Made by a program: the position numbers and the translations under genes | In this document: positions 9,274 to 18,785 of the stretch, one piece after another | How the letters are laid out: each line of letters begins with the position of its first letter | Position numbering within the stretch: the first letter of the stretch is position 1 | Assembly (NCBI GenBank): GCA_937895975.1 | Contig: CALBLG010000210.1 | Location: 1 to 52,962, forward strand | Direction of reading: 5' to 3' | Source of the DNA: an uncultured Slackia sp. | Lineage (GTDB): Bacteria > Actinomycetota > Coriobacteriia > Coriobacteriales > Eggerthellaceae | DNA length: 52,962 nucleotides | The notes under the pieces: model-generated | Database searches by the model: none | Told to the model about the DNA's origin: nothing | The model's input: only the letters and a program-made list of their open reading frames with translations

Positions 9274-10782
9274 CTAGCGAGCTGGGAACGCTACTTCGAT
9301 GATTGTGCCTTGGGGCTTGTTGTCGCGCACCGTGATCGCCGCGCCATGCACCTGGGCGGCGTGCTTCACGATTGCCAGGCCCAAGCCACTGCCGCCGGTT
9401 TCTTTCGAACGGCTTTCATCCACGCGGAAGAATCGCTCGAAAACGCGTTCGCGCAGTTCTTTCGGAATGCCAATTCCCGTGTCGCTAACGCGCACGCACG
9501 CCGAACCGTCGGCGCAGCCTTCCACCTCAATGGTTGCCGCGCCGCCCTCGACGTTATAGCGAATGGCATTTTCTGCCAAGTTGCGCACGAGCTCGCCCAC
9601 GATGCGCGCATTGCCACGCACTTGAACGGGCTCATTGTCGTGACGCGAGATAGCCACGGAAAGGTCAACGCCCAAATCGGACGCATACGGTCGCAGGCGC
9701 ACGCATACGTCGTTCGCAACGGATTCGAGCGACACGTCCTGTGCCATGTCAACGCCCAGATCGCTACCGGCTTGCACCCCCACGGCACCGCCTTCGACGG
9801 CAACCGTGCCCATGTCGTCGAGCTTCGACAGCGAAATGATGTCGTCCACCATGCCCTTCATACGCTGCGATTCGTCGTGAATGGTGCGCGCGAAACTCTT
9901 GATGTCCTCGGGCTTGGCGATGCCCGCCGCGATGATTTCCGCATAGCCCGATATAACCGTGAGCGGCGTTTTCAGCTCGTGCGAGACATTCGCCGTGTAT
10001 TGGCGGCGCTCGCTGGCCTGGGCATCGAGACGTTTGCGTTGCGCATCCAGGCGCGCAAGCAGCGGCTCAAGCTCTTCGGGCGCATCGGACTCGAGCGGCT
10101 TGTCGAGGTTCACGCGCATCAAATCGCCGCTGATCACATTCGCCAAGAAGCGCGACGCAACCGCAGCGGCGATAAGCGCGAGCACCACCACGATGGCGCA
10201 TGGACCCAACATGCTGAGCACCACGCCCCATACGCTCGACTGAGTGGTGGCGAAACGCAGCACGTCGCCATTTTGCAGGCGAATCGAATGGTACAGCGTC
10301 ACTTCCTGCAGCGTTTCGGAATAGCGGCCGGCACTGCTTTCGCCCGTTTGCTCCGCTTCGATGAATTCGGGACGCGCCGCGTGGTTTTCAAGTACCGAGA
10401 CATCGCTTACGTCGTTGTCGAAAATCACCGTTCCGTCAGACGAGATAAGCGTGATGCGTTTGTCGGATCCCACCAATTGGGCCTGATCTTCAAGAAAATC
10501 AACCAACTCGTCGCCGTCGAGCGACTCGGCCTCGATGTGCGAGGCGTAACGTTGGGCCTCCTGGGCGATATCGTTCGAAGCCCGCGCGTCAAGCGCAGCG
10601 TACGAAGCAGCCGCGAACGAAATCACGCACACCAGGGCAACCACCACTGTGGCGACCATGATGGCCGCAGCCGCGTTGCGCGAAAGCGAGTGGTGCGAGA
10701 ATGCGCGACGCGAACGCGCCCTCGAATTCGGCACGCCTGCAGCAGATTCAGATTGGCCTTCCGATGCGACGTGAATAACCAT
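9274..10782 (-). CDS. phoR: Phosphate regulon sensor histidine kinase
   Basis: H-box 'ANVSHELKTPLT', N-box 'NLAENAIRYN', 'DTGIGI', 'GGSGLGLAIVKH'; pst/phoU context. Confidence 0.88.
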   Translation of the reverse strand: MVIHVASEGQSESAAGVPNSRARSRRAFSHHSLSRNAAAAIMVATVVVALVCVISFAAASYAALDARASNDIAQEAQRYASHIEAESLDGDELVDFLEDQAQLVGSDKRITLISSDGTVIFDNDVSDVSVLENHAARPEFIEAEQTGESSAGRYSETLQEVTLYHSIRLQNGDVLRFATTQSSVWGVVLSMLGPCAIVVVLALIAAAVASRFLANVISGDLMRVNLDKPLESDAPEELEPLLARLDAQRKRLDAQASERRQYTANVSHELKTPLTVISGYAEIIAAGIAKPEDIKSFARTIHDESQRMKGMVDDIISLSKLDDMGTVAVEGGAVGVQAGSDLGVDMAQDVSLESVANDVCVRLRPYASDLGVDLSVAISRHDNEPVQVRGNARIVGELVRNLAENAIRYNVEGGAATIEVEGCADGSACVRVSDTGIGIPKELRERVFERFFRVDESRSKETGGSGLGLAIVKHAAQVHGAAITVRDNKPQGTIIEVAFPAR

Positions 10783-10786
10783 GCGC

Positions 10787-11491
10787 CTAAGCCTTCAAGC
10801 GATAGCCGACGCCACGCACGGTTTCGACGTATGCCGACGCGTCGGGACACGCCTCCGAGAGCTTCTTGCGCAGGGTTTGCACATGCGCGTCGACCGTACG
10901 CGTTTCGCCAGCCACGCTGTAGCCCCACACGCGCTCGAGCAAACGATCGCGCGACACCACGATGCCCCGATTTTCCATCAGGTAATGCAGCATCTCGAAT
11001 TCTTTATGCGTCAGCTGCACTTCATTGCCGCCGGCGGTCACGCGGTAGCGCGCCGAATCCAAGCAGATGGGACCGGCCTCAAGCACGTCGCCTTCGGCTG
11101 CGTCCCCCGCGGCCTCCTTCACGTCGCGCGCACGGCGACGCAGAAGCGCGTTCACGCGCGAAATGAGCTCCATCATGCCGAACGGCTTGGCCAGGTAATC
11201 GTCGGCGCCGGCATCGAGCCCACACACCGTGTCGAACTCGGTCGACTTTGCCGTGAGCATCATGATGGGCACGTTCGCCGTGCGCGCATCGGCGCGCAAA
11301 CGCTTCAATACCGAAATGCCATCCTCGTCGGGCAGCATCACATCGAGGAGAAACAAATCGGGCACTTCGCTCGCCAATGCGGCATCCATCTCGGTCGCAC
11401 GCGAAAAGCCGCGGGTTGCATGACCCGTTTGCTCAAGCGTGTACAGCGCCAAATTGCGAATTTGTTCATCGTCCTCGAGGTAATAAATCAT
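10787..11491 (-). CDS. phoP: OmpR/PhoB family response regulator
   Basis: 'MIYYLEDD', 'LDVMLP', 'GADDYLAKPF', 'TVRGVGY'; ATG overlaps the phoU stop. Confidence 0.88.
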   Translation of the reverse strand: MIYYLEDDEQIRNLALYTLEQTGHATRGFSRATEMDAALASEVPDLFLLDVMLPDEDGISVLKRLRADARTANVPIMMLTAKSTEFDTVCGLDAGADDYLAKPFGMMELISRVNALLRRRARDVKEAAGDAAEGDVLEAGPICLDSARYRVTAGGNEVQLTHKEFEMLHYLMENRGIVVSRDRLLERVWGYSVAGETRTVDAHVQTLRKKLSEACPDASAYVETVRGVGYRLKA

Positions 11492-12147
11492 CCGAGAACC
11501 TCTCCCTTGTAGCGGCCGGTTAGTGCGTATTCTACCCATTCGGCGATGTTTTGGGCATGATCGCCCACACGCTCGAGGTATTTGGCCAGCATCAACGCCT
11601 CGACCAGGTTCGCGGCGGGGTCGGTTTCCTGTTGAATGCCGGCAACCACGTCGACCTTCACGCGTTCGAACAGCGCATTGATAACCGCATCTTCTTCGAT
11701 GGCCGCGCGGGCGGCGTCGGCATCGCGGCGCACAAACGCGTCCACGGCGTCGTGCACCATGCCGCACGCGCGCTCGCCCATAGCTCGCAGATGCCCCGAA
11801 AGCTCTGGGTCGAGCGAGCCGTCGAGCGTCAACGAAATCTCGGCGATGTCGGCCGCTTGGTCGCCGATGCGCTCCATGTCGCCCACCATTTTCAGCGCCG
11901 CCGACACGCGATGCAGGTCGGTCGCCACGGGCTGCTGGGTAAGCAGCAACTTCAGGCACAGCCCTTCAATATCGCGTTCTTGGCGATCGATTTCATCGTC
12001 GCCGTCGATAACCGCATGCGCCACCTTCGCATCGCGCGACTTAAGCGCCTCGATCGACGAACGCAGCGCCTCTTCCATCGAGGCCGCCATCACCAAAAGC
12101 TGGGCGTCGAGCAACTGCAGCTGGGAATCGAATACCGAGCGAGCCAT
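11488..12147 (-). CDS. phoU: Phosphate signalling protein PhoU
   Basis: 'QQPVATDL', 'DMERIGD', 'LERVGDHAQNIAE'. Confidence 0.94.
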   Translation of the reverse strand: MARSVFDSQLQLLDAQLLVMAASMEEALRSSIEALKSRDAKVAHAVIDGDDEIDRQERDIEGLCLKLLLTQQPVATDLHRVSAALKMVGDMERIGDQAADIAEISLTLDGSLDPELSGHLRAMGERACGMVHDAVDAFVRRDADAARAAIEEDAVINALFERVKVDVVAGIQQETDPAANLVEALMLAKYLERVGDHAQNIAEWVEYALTGRYKGEVLG

Positions 12148-12150
12148 GGC

Positions 12151-12921
12151 TTAACCAAACCTTCCCGTGATGTAGTCTTCCGTGCGTTTGTCGTTGGGGT
12201 GGCCGAACAGCGTGCCCGTGTCATCGAATTCCACCAAATCGCCCAGCAGGAAGAACGCGCATTTGTCGCTGACGCGTGCGGCCTGCTGCATGTTGTGGGT
12301 AACCATGACCACCGTGTAGTCTTTTTTCAATTCGATGGCGAGCTCTTCAATTCTGCCTGTTGAAATGGGGTCAAGCGCACTGGTAGCTTCGTCCATCAGC
12401 AGTACTTCAGGCTCTACGGCAAGCGCGCGCGCAATGCACAAACGCTGCTGCTGGCCGCCCGAAAGCGCCAGTGCGCTCTTCTTCAAGCGGTCTTTCACTT
12501 CATCGAAAATCGCAGCCTTGCGCAGCGCGCCTTCGACGATTTCATCGAGCTCGGCCTTGCTTTTAATGCCATGGGTTCGTGGGCCGAACGCCACATTGTC
12601 GTACACGCTCATGGGAAACGGGTTCGCCTTTTGAAACACCATTCCCACACGCTTGCGCAGCAGGTTCACATCGGTTTCTTTGGAATACAGCTCCTGGCCA
12701 TCAAGCTTTACTGAGCCTTCAATGCGACAGCCCTCGATGGTGTCGTTCATGCGGTTCAGCGTGCGCAAAAACGTCGATTTGCCGCACCCCGAGGGGCCAA
12801 TAAACGCCGTGATTTGATTCTTCGGCATGTCCATACCAATGCCGTGCAGCGCATGGAACGCGCCATAGTACAAATCGAGATTTTTCACCGCGATTTTCGT
12901 TTGACTTGAAGCTTCGGCCAC
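12151..12921 (-). CDS. pstB: Phosphate ABC transporter ATPase PstB
   Basis: GPSGCGKST, 'LNRMND', [16 protein letters not shown]-terminal '[10 protein letters not shown]'. Confidence 0.96.
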   Translation of the reverse strand: MAEASSQTKIAVKNLDLYYGAFHALHGIGMDMPKNQITAFIGPSGCGKSTFLRTLNRMNDTIEGCRIEGSVKLDGQELYSKETDVNLLRKRVGMVFQKANPFPMSVYDNVAFGPRTHGIKSKAELDEIVEGALRKAAIFDEVKDRLKKSALALSGGQQQRLCIARALAVEPEVLLMDEATSALDPISTGRIEELAIELKKDYTVVMVTHNMQQAARVSDKCAFFLLGDLVEFDDTGTLFGHPNDKRTEDYITGRFG

Positions 12922-12959
12922 GAGCGCCCTTTCTTTCCCAATTCGAAAAACGGGAATTC

Positions 12960-13013
12960 ACTCTAAGGGCGTCCGAACAAGCCAACGTTATGCAATTGCA
13001 AAAATAAGGTAAA
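12960..13013 (-). promoter_or_regulatory. Pho-box-like repeats and -10 of the pstB-phoU-phoP-phoR promoter
   Basis: TTTAC/TTTGC/ATAAC at 11-bp period (13009, 12998, 12987); TAGAGT at 12960-12965; same 49-bp offset as the pstS promoter. Confidence 0.6.
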
Positions 13014-13087
13014 GAAAGAGGCCATCCCGCCTCGGCTGCGTCTCTTCAGTTGAACCGCTTCGTCGCAGATCGCGCCAATGTCAGCGA

Positions 13088-13186
13088 GCAGGGCTCTGGT
13101 GAGTGCAGTTTGGGCGAAACCAAGGCGACGCGTACTTCGGTACGCGAGCCGCAGGTTGAACCCAAAATGCGCCACCAGAGCCCTGC
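13088..13186. repeat. Long rod-like intergenic hairpin capped by C(TTCG)G
   Basis: gcagggctctggtg / caccagagccctgc 14-bp outer stem; apical cgcgtac-ttcg-gtacgcg. Confidence 0.65.
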
Positions 13187-13200
13187 GCAGCGGCGGGAGC

Positions 13201-14067
13201 TTACGCCGTTCGACAGAACGGCGTAGCTTTTTCGGCCGCTTCCACAACATGCTTCATCAGCATGCTGGTGGTTACGCCGCCAATGCCGCGCGGAACGGGA
13301 GTTATGGCGTCGACGAGCGGCTCGATGGCATCGAAGTCGGCATCACCGCACAGGTTGCCCTCTTCATCGACGTTAATGCCCACGTCGAGCACCGTTTGGC
13401 CGGGATGGAAGAAATCGCGCCCGTAAGCCTTCGCACGGCCCGTGGCCAAAATCACCACATCGCCTTTGCGCACCATGGCAGGCAGGTTGTCGGTATGGGA
13501 ATGGCACGTAGTGACGGTGGCGTGGCGATCGAGCAAAAGCACGCTGACGGGCTTGCCCACAACAAGGCTGCGGCCAACAACCACCACGCGCTTACCCGCG
13601 ATGGGAATATTGTAGGCATCGAGCATTTCAATGCATGCGGCAGCCGTGCATGGCGCGAAGCCCGGGCCACGCCCCGTGAACACCGCAGCCATCGAGCCGC
13701 GACCGATGCCATCGACGTCTTTGGCGGGGTCGAGAGCATCGCAAACGGCCTCTTCATCGAACTGTTTCGGCAGCGGGCGGAACATCAGGCAGCCATGAAT
13801 GGACGGGTCGGCGTTCACCCAGGCAATCACATCCATCAGCTCTTCTTGCGAGGCGTTTTCGGGCAGCGTGATGGTGCGCGCACGAATGCCCAGGTTGGCG
13901 GCTCGTTTCAAAGCCGTGCGCTCGTATGCCAAATCGTCGGGACGCGCGCCAACGCGCACAATGGCAAGGCCCGGTTTCACGCCTTTTTCCTCAAGCGCCG
14001 CAATGCGGCCTTTCAGTTCTTCACGCAATGTATCGATAACCGGCTTGCCCAGCAGCAACTTCGCCAT
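13201..14067 (-). CDS. folD: Bifunctional methylene-THF dehydrogenase/cyclohydrolase
   Basis: 'KDVDG', 'PCT', 'GRSLVVGKP', 'DVGIN', 'TPVPRGIG'. Confidence 0.93.
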   Translation of the reverse strand: MAKLLLGKPVIDTLREELKGRIAALEEKGVKPGLAIVRVGARPDDLAYERTALKRAANLGIRARTITLPENASQEELMDVIAWVNADPSIHGCLMFRPLPKQFDEEAVCDALDPAKDVDGIGRGSMAAVFTGRGPGFAPCTAAACIEMLDAYNIPIAGKRVVVVGRSLVVGKPVSVLLLDRHATVTTCHSHTDNLPAMVRKGDVVILATGRAKAYGRDFFHPGQTVLDVGINVDEEGNLCGDADFDAIEPLVDAITPVPRGIGGVTTSMLMKHVVEAAEKATPFCRTA

Positions 14068-14089
14068 AATGGTTCTTTCTTCTTGAAAA

Positions 14090-14177
14090 GCGGCGCGGGG
14101 AGCGGGACGGGGGACAGTCCCCTGTCACAAGAACTTGTGGGGCAGGGGACTGTCCCCCGTCCCGCTCCCCGCGCCGC
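14090..14177. repeat. Perfect 35-bp inverted repeat (REP doublet-like), each arm containing GGGGACAGTCCCC or its complement
   Basis: 14090-14124 is the exact reverse complement of 14143-14177. Confidence 0.85.
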
Positions 14178-14187
14178 CAACTCTGGA

Positions 14188-14802
14188 TTATTTGATAGCA
14201 GCAGCCACTGTATCGTAAATCGCCTGCGCAGCATCGCAGGGCGCGCCCAAAAGTTTTTCGCACTGTTCATTCAACGAAGCAGTACGAGCCGCATCATCCA
14301 TGAGGTTCGTGTTGATATGCACGTTGAGAGCCGCAGCCTGCAAGGCGGCCTTCGCCAAGATGGCGGAAGCGCCCACGTCGGAAAGCACCAGCTTGCTGGC
14401 GTTATTCGCCAAAAAATCGTCGGCGGCAATCACATCGGCGCACACCTGCATAATGCGCAGGGGCACATCGCATGCGTCAACAAGCGCCGCCTGCTCGGCA
14501 GCATGGCGCACGGCCTTTTCGTCCTCGGTCGCACGAGGAAGCTTCCATGTAGCCGCGAGCTGCGAAAACGCCTGCGCATCAGCATCGATAAGCTCGAACA
14601 GCTGCACGCGTGCCGCATCGAGCGCCGCAACCGAAGCGCGCATGTCATCGGCAACATCGGCGAATTTCGGCTTGCCCGCCGTAATGTTGCCCACCATGGC
14701 GCCCAAAGCGGCCGCAAGCGCGCCAGCATACGCCGCGCCCCCGCCGCCCCCGGGCACCGGAGCCGCCGAAGCTAGTTCGTCAACAAATTCAGTGTTCACC
14801 AT
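14188..14802 (-). CDS. fchA: Cyclodeaminase/cyclohydrolase family protein (FTCD_C; methenyl-THF cyclohydrolase)
   Basis: 'LASAAPVPGGG', 'DADAQAF', 'SDVG', 'NVHIN'; lies between fhs and folD. Confidence 0.85.
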   Translation of the reverse strand: MVNTEFVDELASAAPVPGGGGGAAYAGALAAALGAMVGNITAGKPKFADVADDMRASVAALDAARVQLFELIDADAQAFSQLAATWKLPRATEDEKAVRHAAEQAALVDACDVPLRIMQVCADVIAADDFLANNASKLVLSDVGASAILAKAALQAAALNVHINTNLMDDAARTASLNEQCEKLLGAPCDAAQAIYDTVAAAIK

Positions 14803-14870
14803 AGTTATATCCCATACGGGTCGGGGAACCGCTCCGGCTCTTTACCGGCGAGTTCCTAGCATATGCAAGA

Positions 14871-14900
14871 ATGGGCCAAGGGGGCTGCCCCTTGGCCCAT
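14871..14900. repeat. REP-like palindrome ATGGGCCAAGGGG-N4-CCCCTTGGCCCAT
   Basis: Perfect 13-bp stem; related copies at 29426-29456 and 28712-28741. Confidence 0.65.
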
Positions 14901-14915
14901 CGAAAGTTATCAACA

Positions 14916-15029
14916 GGGCCGGGCATGGGCGACGCCCTGTTGGCGGCTTTCCGCACGAGCCGAAAGCGCCAGTGGCGCTTTCGTGCGAGCCAGGACTTCC
15001 GCAAACAGGGCGTCGCCCACGCCCGGCCC
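14916..15029. repeat. Intergenic fold-back with 26-bp arms and nested hairpin
   Basis: gggccgggcatgggcgacgccctgtt / aacagggcgtcgcccacgcccggccc; inner gaaagcgcc-agt-ggcgctttc. Confidence 0.7.
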
Positions 15030-15044
15030 GCAAAGGTAACCTAT

Positions 15045-16733
15045 TTAGAAGAGCCCCGTGATGCGTCCGGTTTCGTCCACATCGATATTCTCGGCCGCAG
15101 GATGCTTCGGCAAACCAGGCATCGTCATGATGTTGCCCGTAAGCGCCACCACGAAGCCAGCGCCCGCCGACACCTTCACCTCGCGCACGGTGATGCGGAA
15201 GCCGCGCGGCGCGCCGAGCTTCTTCTGGTCGTCGCTGAAGCTGTACTGCGTTTTCGCCATGCATACCGGGAAGCTGCCGAAGCCCATGCTCTCGAGGTGC
15301 GCGATTTGCTTTTTCGCGGCGGGCGTGAAGTCGACGCCATCGGCACGGTAGATTTTCTGCGCAATGGCCTCGATCTTGCCGGCGATGCCCTCTTCATCAC
15401 CATATGCGAACTCAAACGTAGAAGCGCTGCGACCTTCGGCGTCGCCGTTCTCGCACAGGCGCACAACCTCGCGCGCCAGCTCCTCGCCGCCTTCGCCGCC
15501 CTTGGCCCACACTTCAGAAAGCGCCACGTTCACACCGAGTTCCTTGCACTTGGCTTCCACAAGGTCGAGCTCGGCCTTCGTATCGGTCGGGAAGGCGTTG
15601 ATGGCCACCACGCATGGCAGCTTGAACACCTTCGTGATGTTTTCCACATGCTGCAGCAGGTTGGGCAGGCCGGCCTCCAGCGCCTCGAGGTTTTCCTCGT
15701 TCAAATCGGCCTTGGCCACGCCGCCATGGTTCTTCAGCGCGCGCACCGTGGCGACAACCACCACGGCATCGGGCTTCAAACCAGCCAGACGGCACTTGAT
15801 GTCGAGGAATTTCTCGGCACCAAGGTCGGCGCCGAAACCGGCCTCGGTAATGGCGTAATCGCCGAGCGCCATGGCCATGCGCGTGGCGATGATGGAATTG
15901 CATCCATGGGCAATATTCGCGAACGGTCCGCCATGGATGAACGCCGGCGTACCTTCAAGCGTCTGCACCAAATTCGGCTTCAAAGCATCTTTCAAAAGCG
16001 CGCACATGGCACCCTGAGCATGCAGCTGGCCTGCGGTAATAGGCTCATCGTCGCGCGTATAGCCCACCACGATGCGCGCCAGGCGCTCCTTCAAATCGGC
16101 AACGCTGGTCGCCAGGCAGAAGATGGCCATAATTTCAGAGGCCACAGTAATATCGAAACCGTCTTCGCGCGGTACGCCCGATGCCTTGCCGCCCATGCCA
16201 CACACGATGTGGCGCAGCTGGCGGTCGTTCATATCAACCACGCGCTTCCAAGTAATGCGGCGCACGTCGAAGCCAAGCGCGTTGCCCTGGTGGATGTGGT
16301 TGTCGATCATCGCGGCAAGCAAGTTGTTCGCGGCACCGATGGCATGGAAGTCGCCCGTGAAGTGCAAGTTGATATCTTCCATGGGAACCACCTGGGCGTA
16401 TCCGCCGCCGGCGGCGCCGCCCTTAATGCCGAACACCGGGCCCAGCGACGGCTCGCGCAGCGCGACCATGGCGTTTTTGCCAATGCGGCGCATGGCATCG
16501 GCCAGGCCGACCGTCGTGGTGGTTTTGCCCTCGCCCGCCGGCGTGGGGTTGATGGCCGTCACCAACACCAGCTTGCCCGGCGTATGCTCCTCGTCGGAAA
16601 GCAGGTTGTAATCGACCTTCGCCTTGTAGTTGCCGTATTGCTCGAGGTATTGCTCGGGCACGCCGGCGCGCTCGGCGATGGCGGTAATTTTCTCGGGGGT
16701 TGCAGCTTGGGCAATTTCGATGTCGGTCAGCAC
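15045..16733 (-). CDS. fhs: Formate-tetrahydrofolate ligase
   Basis: '[15 protein letters not shown]', '[14 protein letters not shown]', '[11 protein letters not shown]', 'IMTMPGLP'; GTG 16733 with GAAAGG RBS. Confidence 0.97.
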   Translation of the reverse strand: MLTDIEIAQAATPEKITAIAERAGVPEQYLEQYGNYKAKVDYNLLSDEEHTPGKLVLVTAINPTPAGEGKTTTTVGLADAMRRIGKNAMVALREPSLGPVFGIKGGAAGGGYAQVVPMEDINLHFTGDFHAIGAANNLLAAMIDNHIHQGNALGFDVRRITWKRVVDMNDRQLRHIVCGMGGKASGVPREDGFDITVASEIMAIFCLATSVADLKERLARIVVGYTRDDEPITAGQLHAQGAMCALLKDALKPNLVQTLEGTPAFIHGGPFANIAHGCNSIIATRMAMALGDYAITEAGFGADLGAEKFLDIKCRLAGLKPDAVVVVATVRALKNHGGVAKADLNEENLEALEAGLPNLLQHVENITKVFKLPCVVAINAFPTDTKAELDLVEAKCKELGVNVALSEVWAKGGEGGEELAREVVRLCENGDAEGRSASTFEFAYGDEEGIAGKIEAIAQKIYRADGVDFTPAAKKQIAHLESMGFGSFPVCMAKTQYSFSDDQKKLGAPRGFRITVREVKVSAGAGFVVALTGNIMTMPGLPKHPAAENIDVDETGRITGLF

Positions 16734-16989
16734 GTTGGGCCCTTTCTTTCTGCGGCTTGCTTGCAATTGATGCATGTTTTATCCCATTCTAGCGACCGCG
16801 TGACGCCGCATGTGTCGCGTTCGTTAAACGCGGCCATATTCACAGGGAAACGGCAGCGAAACGCGAATCTTACGCCCCGTCAACCAAATCACGCCCAGAA
16901 ACGTGCAGGCCCCGCGCGTGCTATGATTCTCTCAACCACGCGGGCGCTGCGGCGCCCCACCACGCACCAAGCACGAAAGGAGCGGCGCC

Positions 16990-17679
16990 ATGACCGAAGA
17001 GGCCGCCTCGATCCTCGTTGTCGACGATGAGCAATCGATTACCGATTTCGTTTCATACTCCCTGATGAAAGAAGGCTTCAAGGTCGACGTCGCCAACAAT
17101 GGCGAAGATGCGCTCGAAGCCGCCCTGCACAAGCGCTACGACCTGTTCGTGCTCGACATCATGCTGCCTGGCATGGACGGCTACGAGCTGTGCCGACGCC
17201 TGCGCAGCCGCACCACCGCCCCCGTGCTGTTCCTTTCGGCGCGCGACACCGAGCTCGACAAGGTCGTGGGCTTGGAGATTGGCGGCGACGACTACCTGGC
17301 CAAGCCGTTTGGCGTGCGCGAGCTTATCGCCCGCGTGCGCGCCCTGCTGCGCCGCGGCACCATGGAGGCGCCCGAGAGCAGCGCGCTGAACGCCGCCGGC
17401 ATCACGCTCGACGAAGACCGCCACACCGCCGTGGGCCCCAGCGGCCCCATCGATCTCACCCCGCGCGAGTTCGAGTTGCTTGCCGCCCTCATGAAAGACG
17501 CCGGCAAGGTGGTAACGCGCGAAGACCTGCTGCGCGAGGCCTGGGGCTGGGAATACATCACCGAAACCAAGACGGTAGACACGCACATCAAGCGCTTGCG
17601 CGACAAGATTTCCGCCGCTGGTTTCGATCCGGGCATCATCGAAACCGTGCGCGGCTACGGCTACCGCCTGAAGGCGTAA
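16990..17679 (+). CDS. OmpR family response regulator
   Basis: 'LVVDDE', 'LDIMLP', 'GGDDYLAKPF', 'TVRGYGY'; AAGGAG RBS. Confidence 0.92.
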   Translation: MTEEAASILVVDDEQSITDFVSYSLMKEGFKVDVANNGEDALEAALHKRYDLFVLDIMLPGMDGYELCRRLRSRTTAPVLFLSARDTELDKVVGLEIGGDDYLAKPFGVRELIARVRALLRRGTMEAPESSALNAAGITLDEDRHTAVGPSGPIDLTPREFELLAALMKDAGKVVTREDLLREAWGWEYITETKTVDTHIKRLRDKISAAGFDPGIIETVRGYGYRLKA

Positions 17680-17736
17680 CGAGGTTCGCGTGCACGTTTT
17701 ACCTGGTGAAATATCCTTCTTGAAAGGCGCTTCGCT

Positions 17737-18774
17737 ATGAGGCGCCTTCAGTCGTTTTACGCGCTGCTCGCCACTATTTTCGCGGTGGCGGCTGCCGTGC
17801 TCACGTTTTTCGTCGTGGGCATCTTCGGCGTGCCCGATATCGCCACATCGATATGGCTGTTGTTCGTGGGCGCTTCCTTCGTCTTCATTCTGAGCCTGGT
17901 CATCGGCCATTATTTGGCCGAGCCCCTCACCGACCTGCACACGAAAGCCCAGGCGTTCATGCAAGGCGATGCGCGCGTCGACATCAAACCCGACGGAAAG
18001 CTGTACGAGGCCGACGAGCTTGCGGAAGATTTCGCGGCGCTCAGCTCGCAAACCAAATCGAAAATGAGCGATTTGTCGGTGCAGCAAAACCGCCAAACGC
18101 GCTTCATCAGCGACGTAGCCCACGAGCTGCGCACGCCGCTCACCGCCATTCGCGGCAATGCCGAAACGCTGATGGACCCCGACATGCCGCCCGCGCTGCG
18201 CGAACGATTCTGCCAAACCATCATCAACGAATCGGAACGCCTGACGCGCCTTTCCAACGACCTGCTTACTTTGCAGCACATCGAAGAAGGCACCGACCAG
18301 ATGGTGATGAAGCGCGTGAACCTGCACGACATCGCCGAGCGCGTGGTCGACGCCCTTGGCCCCATGATTGAAGAAAACGGCGCCCATGTGCGCATCGAAG
18401 GCGAGGCGCCCGACGTGCTGGGCAATCCCGACCGCCTGCAGCAAGTGGTGTATAACCTCGTGGCCAACGCCAGCCGCTTCGTAGGCGAAAACGGGCATGT
18501 GATCATTCGCCTTGAAGGGCTGGGCGACAAATCGGTCGTCAGCGTGATTGACGACGGGCCCGGCTTCGGCGATATCGACCCCAAACTGCTATTCACCCGC
18601 TTCTATCGCGGCGATAATTCCCGCGCGCGCAACACCGGCGGCTCGGGTCTGGGGCTTTCCATCGTGAAAGGCATCGTCGAGGGCCACGACGGCACCATCG
18701 AAGCGTTCAACGCGGCCGGCGGCGGCGCATGTTTCGTGGTATCGCTGCCCAGTGTGCACGACCACATTCGCTAA
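17737..18774 (+). CDS. Sensor histidine kinase (2 TM, HAMP, HisKA, HATPase)
   Basis: 'SDVAHELRTPLT', 'NLVANA', 'DDGPG', 'GGSGLGLSIV'. Confidence 0.92.
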   Translation: MRRLQSFYALLATIFAVAAAVLTFFVVGIFGVPDIATSIWLLFVGASFVFILSLVIGHYLAEPLTDLHTKAQAFMQGDARVDIKPDGKLYEADELAEDFAALSSQTKSKMSDLSVQQNRQTRFISDVAHELRTPLTAIRGNAETLMDPDMPPALRERFCQTIINESERLTRLSNDLLTLQHIEEGTDQMVMKRVNLHDIAERVVDALGPMIEENGAHVRIEGEAPDVLGNPDRLQQVVYNLVANASRFVGENGHVIIRLEGLGDKSVVSVIDDGPGFGDIDPKLLFTRFYRGDNSRARNTGGSGLGLSIVKGIVEGHDGTIEAFNAAGGGACFVVSLPSVHDHIR

Positions 18775-18785
18775 TTCGCTGTCCC

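Noticed and set aside
10787..11959. 390-aa extended response regulator suggesting a PhoU-regulator fusion or frameshift
   Set aside because: The extension overlaps phoU in another frame; the ATG at 11491 coupled to the phoU stop gives a normal-length protein
13088..13186. SRP RNA or 6S RNA
   Set aside because: Lacks the SRP GNRA-capped domain IV motif; too short and no central bubble for 6S
14900..16990. ZTP (pfl) or THF riboswitch around fhs/fchA
   Set aside because: No consensus elements recognised; the fhs -10 candidate (TAGAAT, 16786-16791) leaves a short leader
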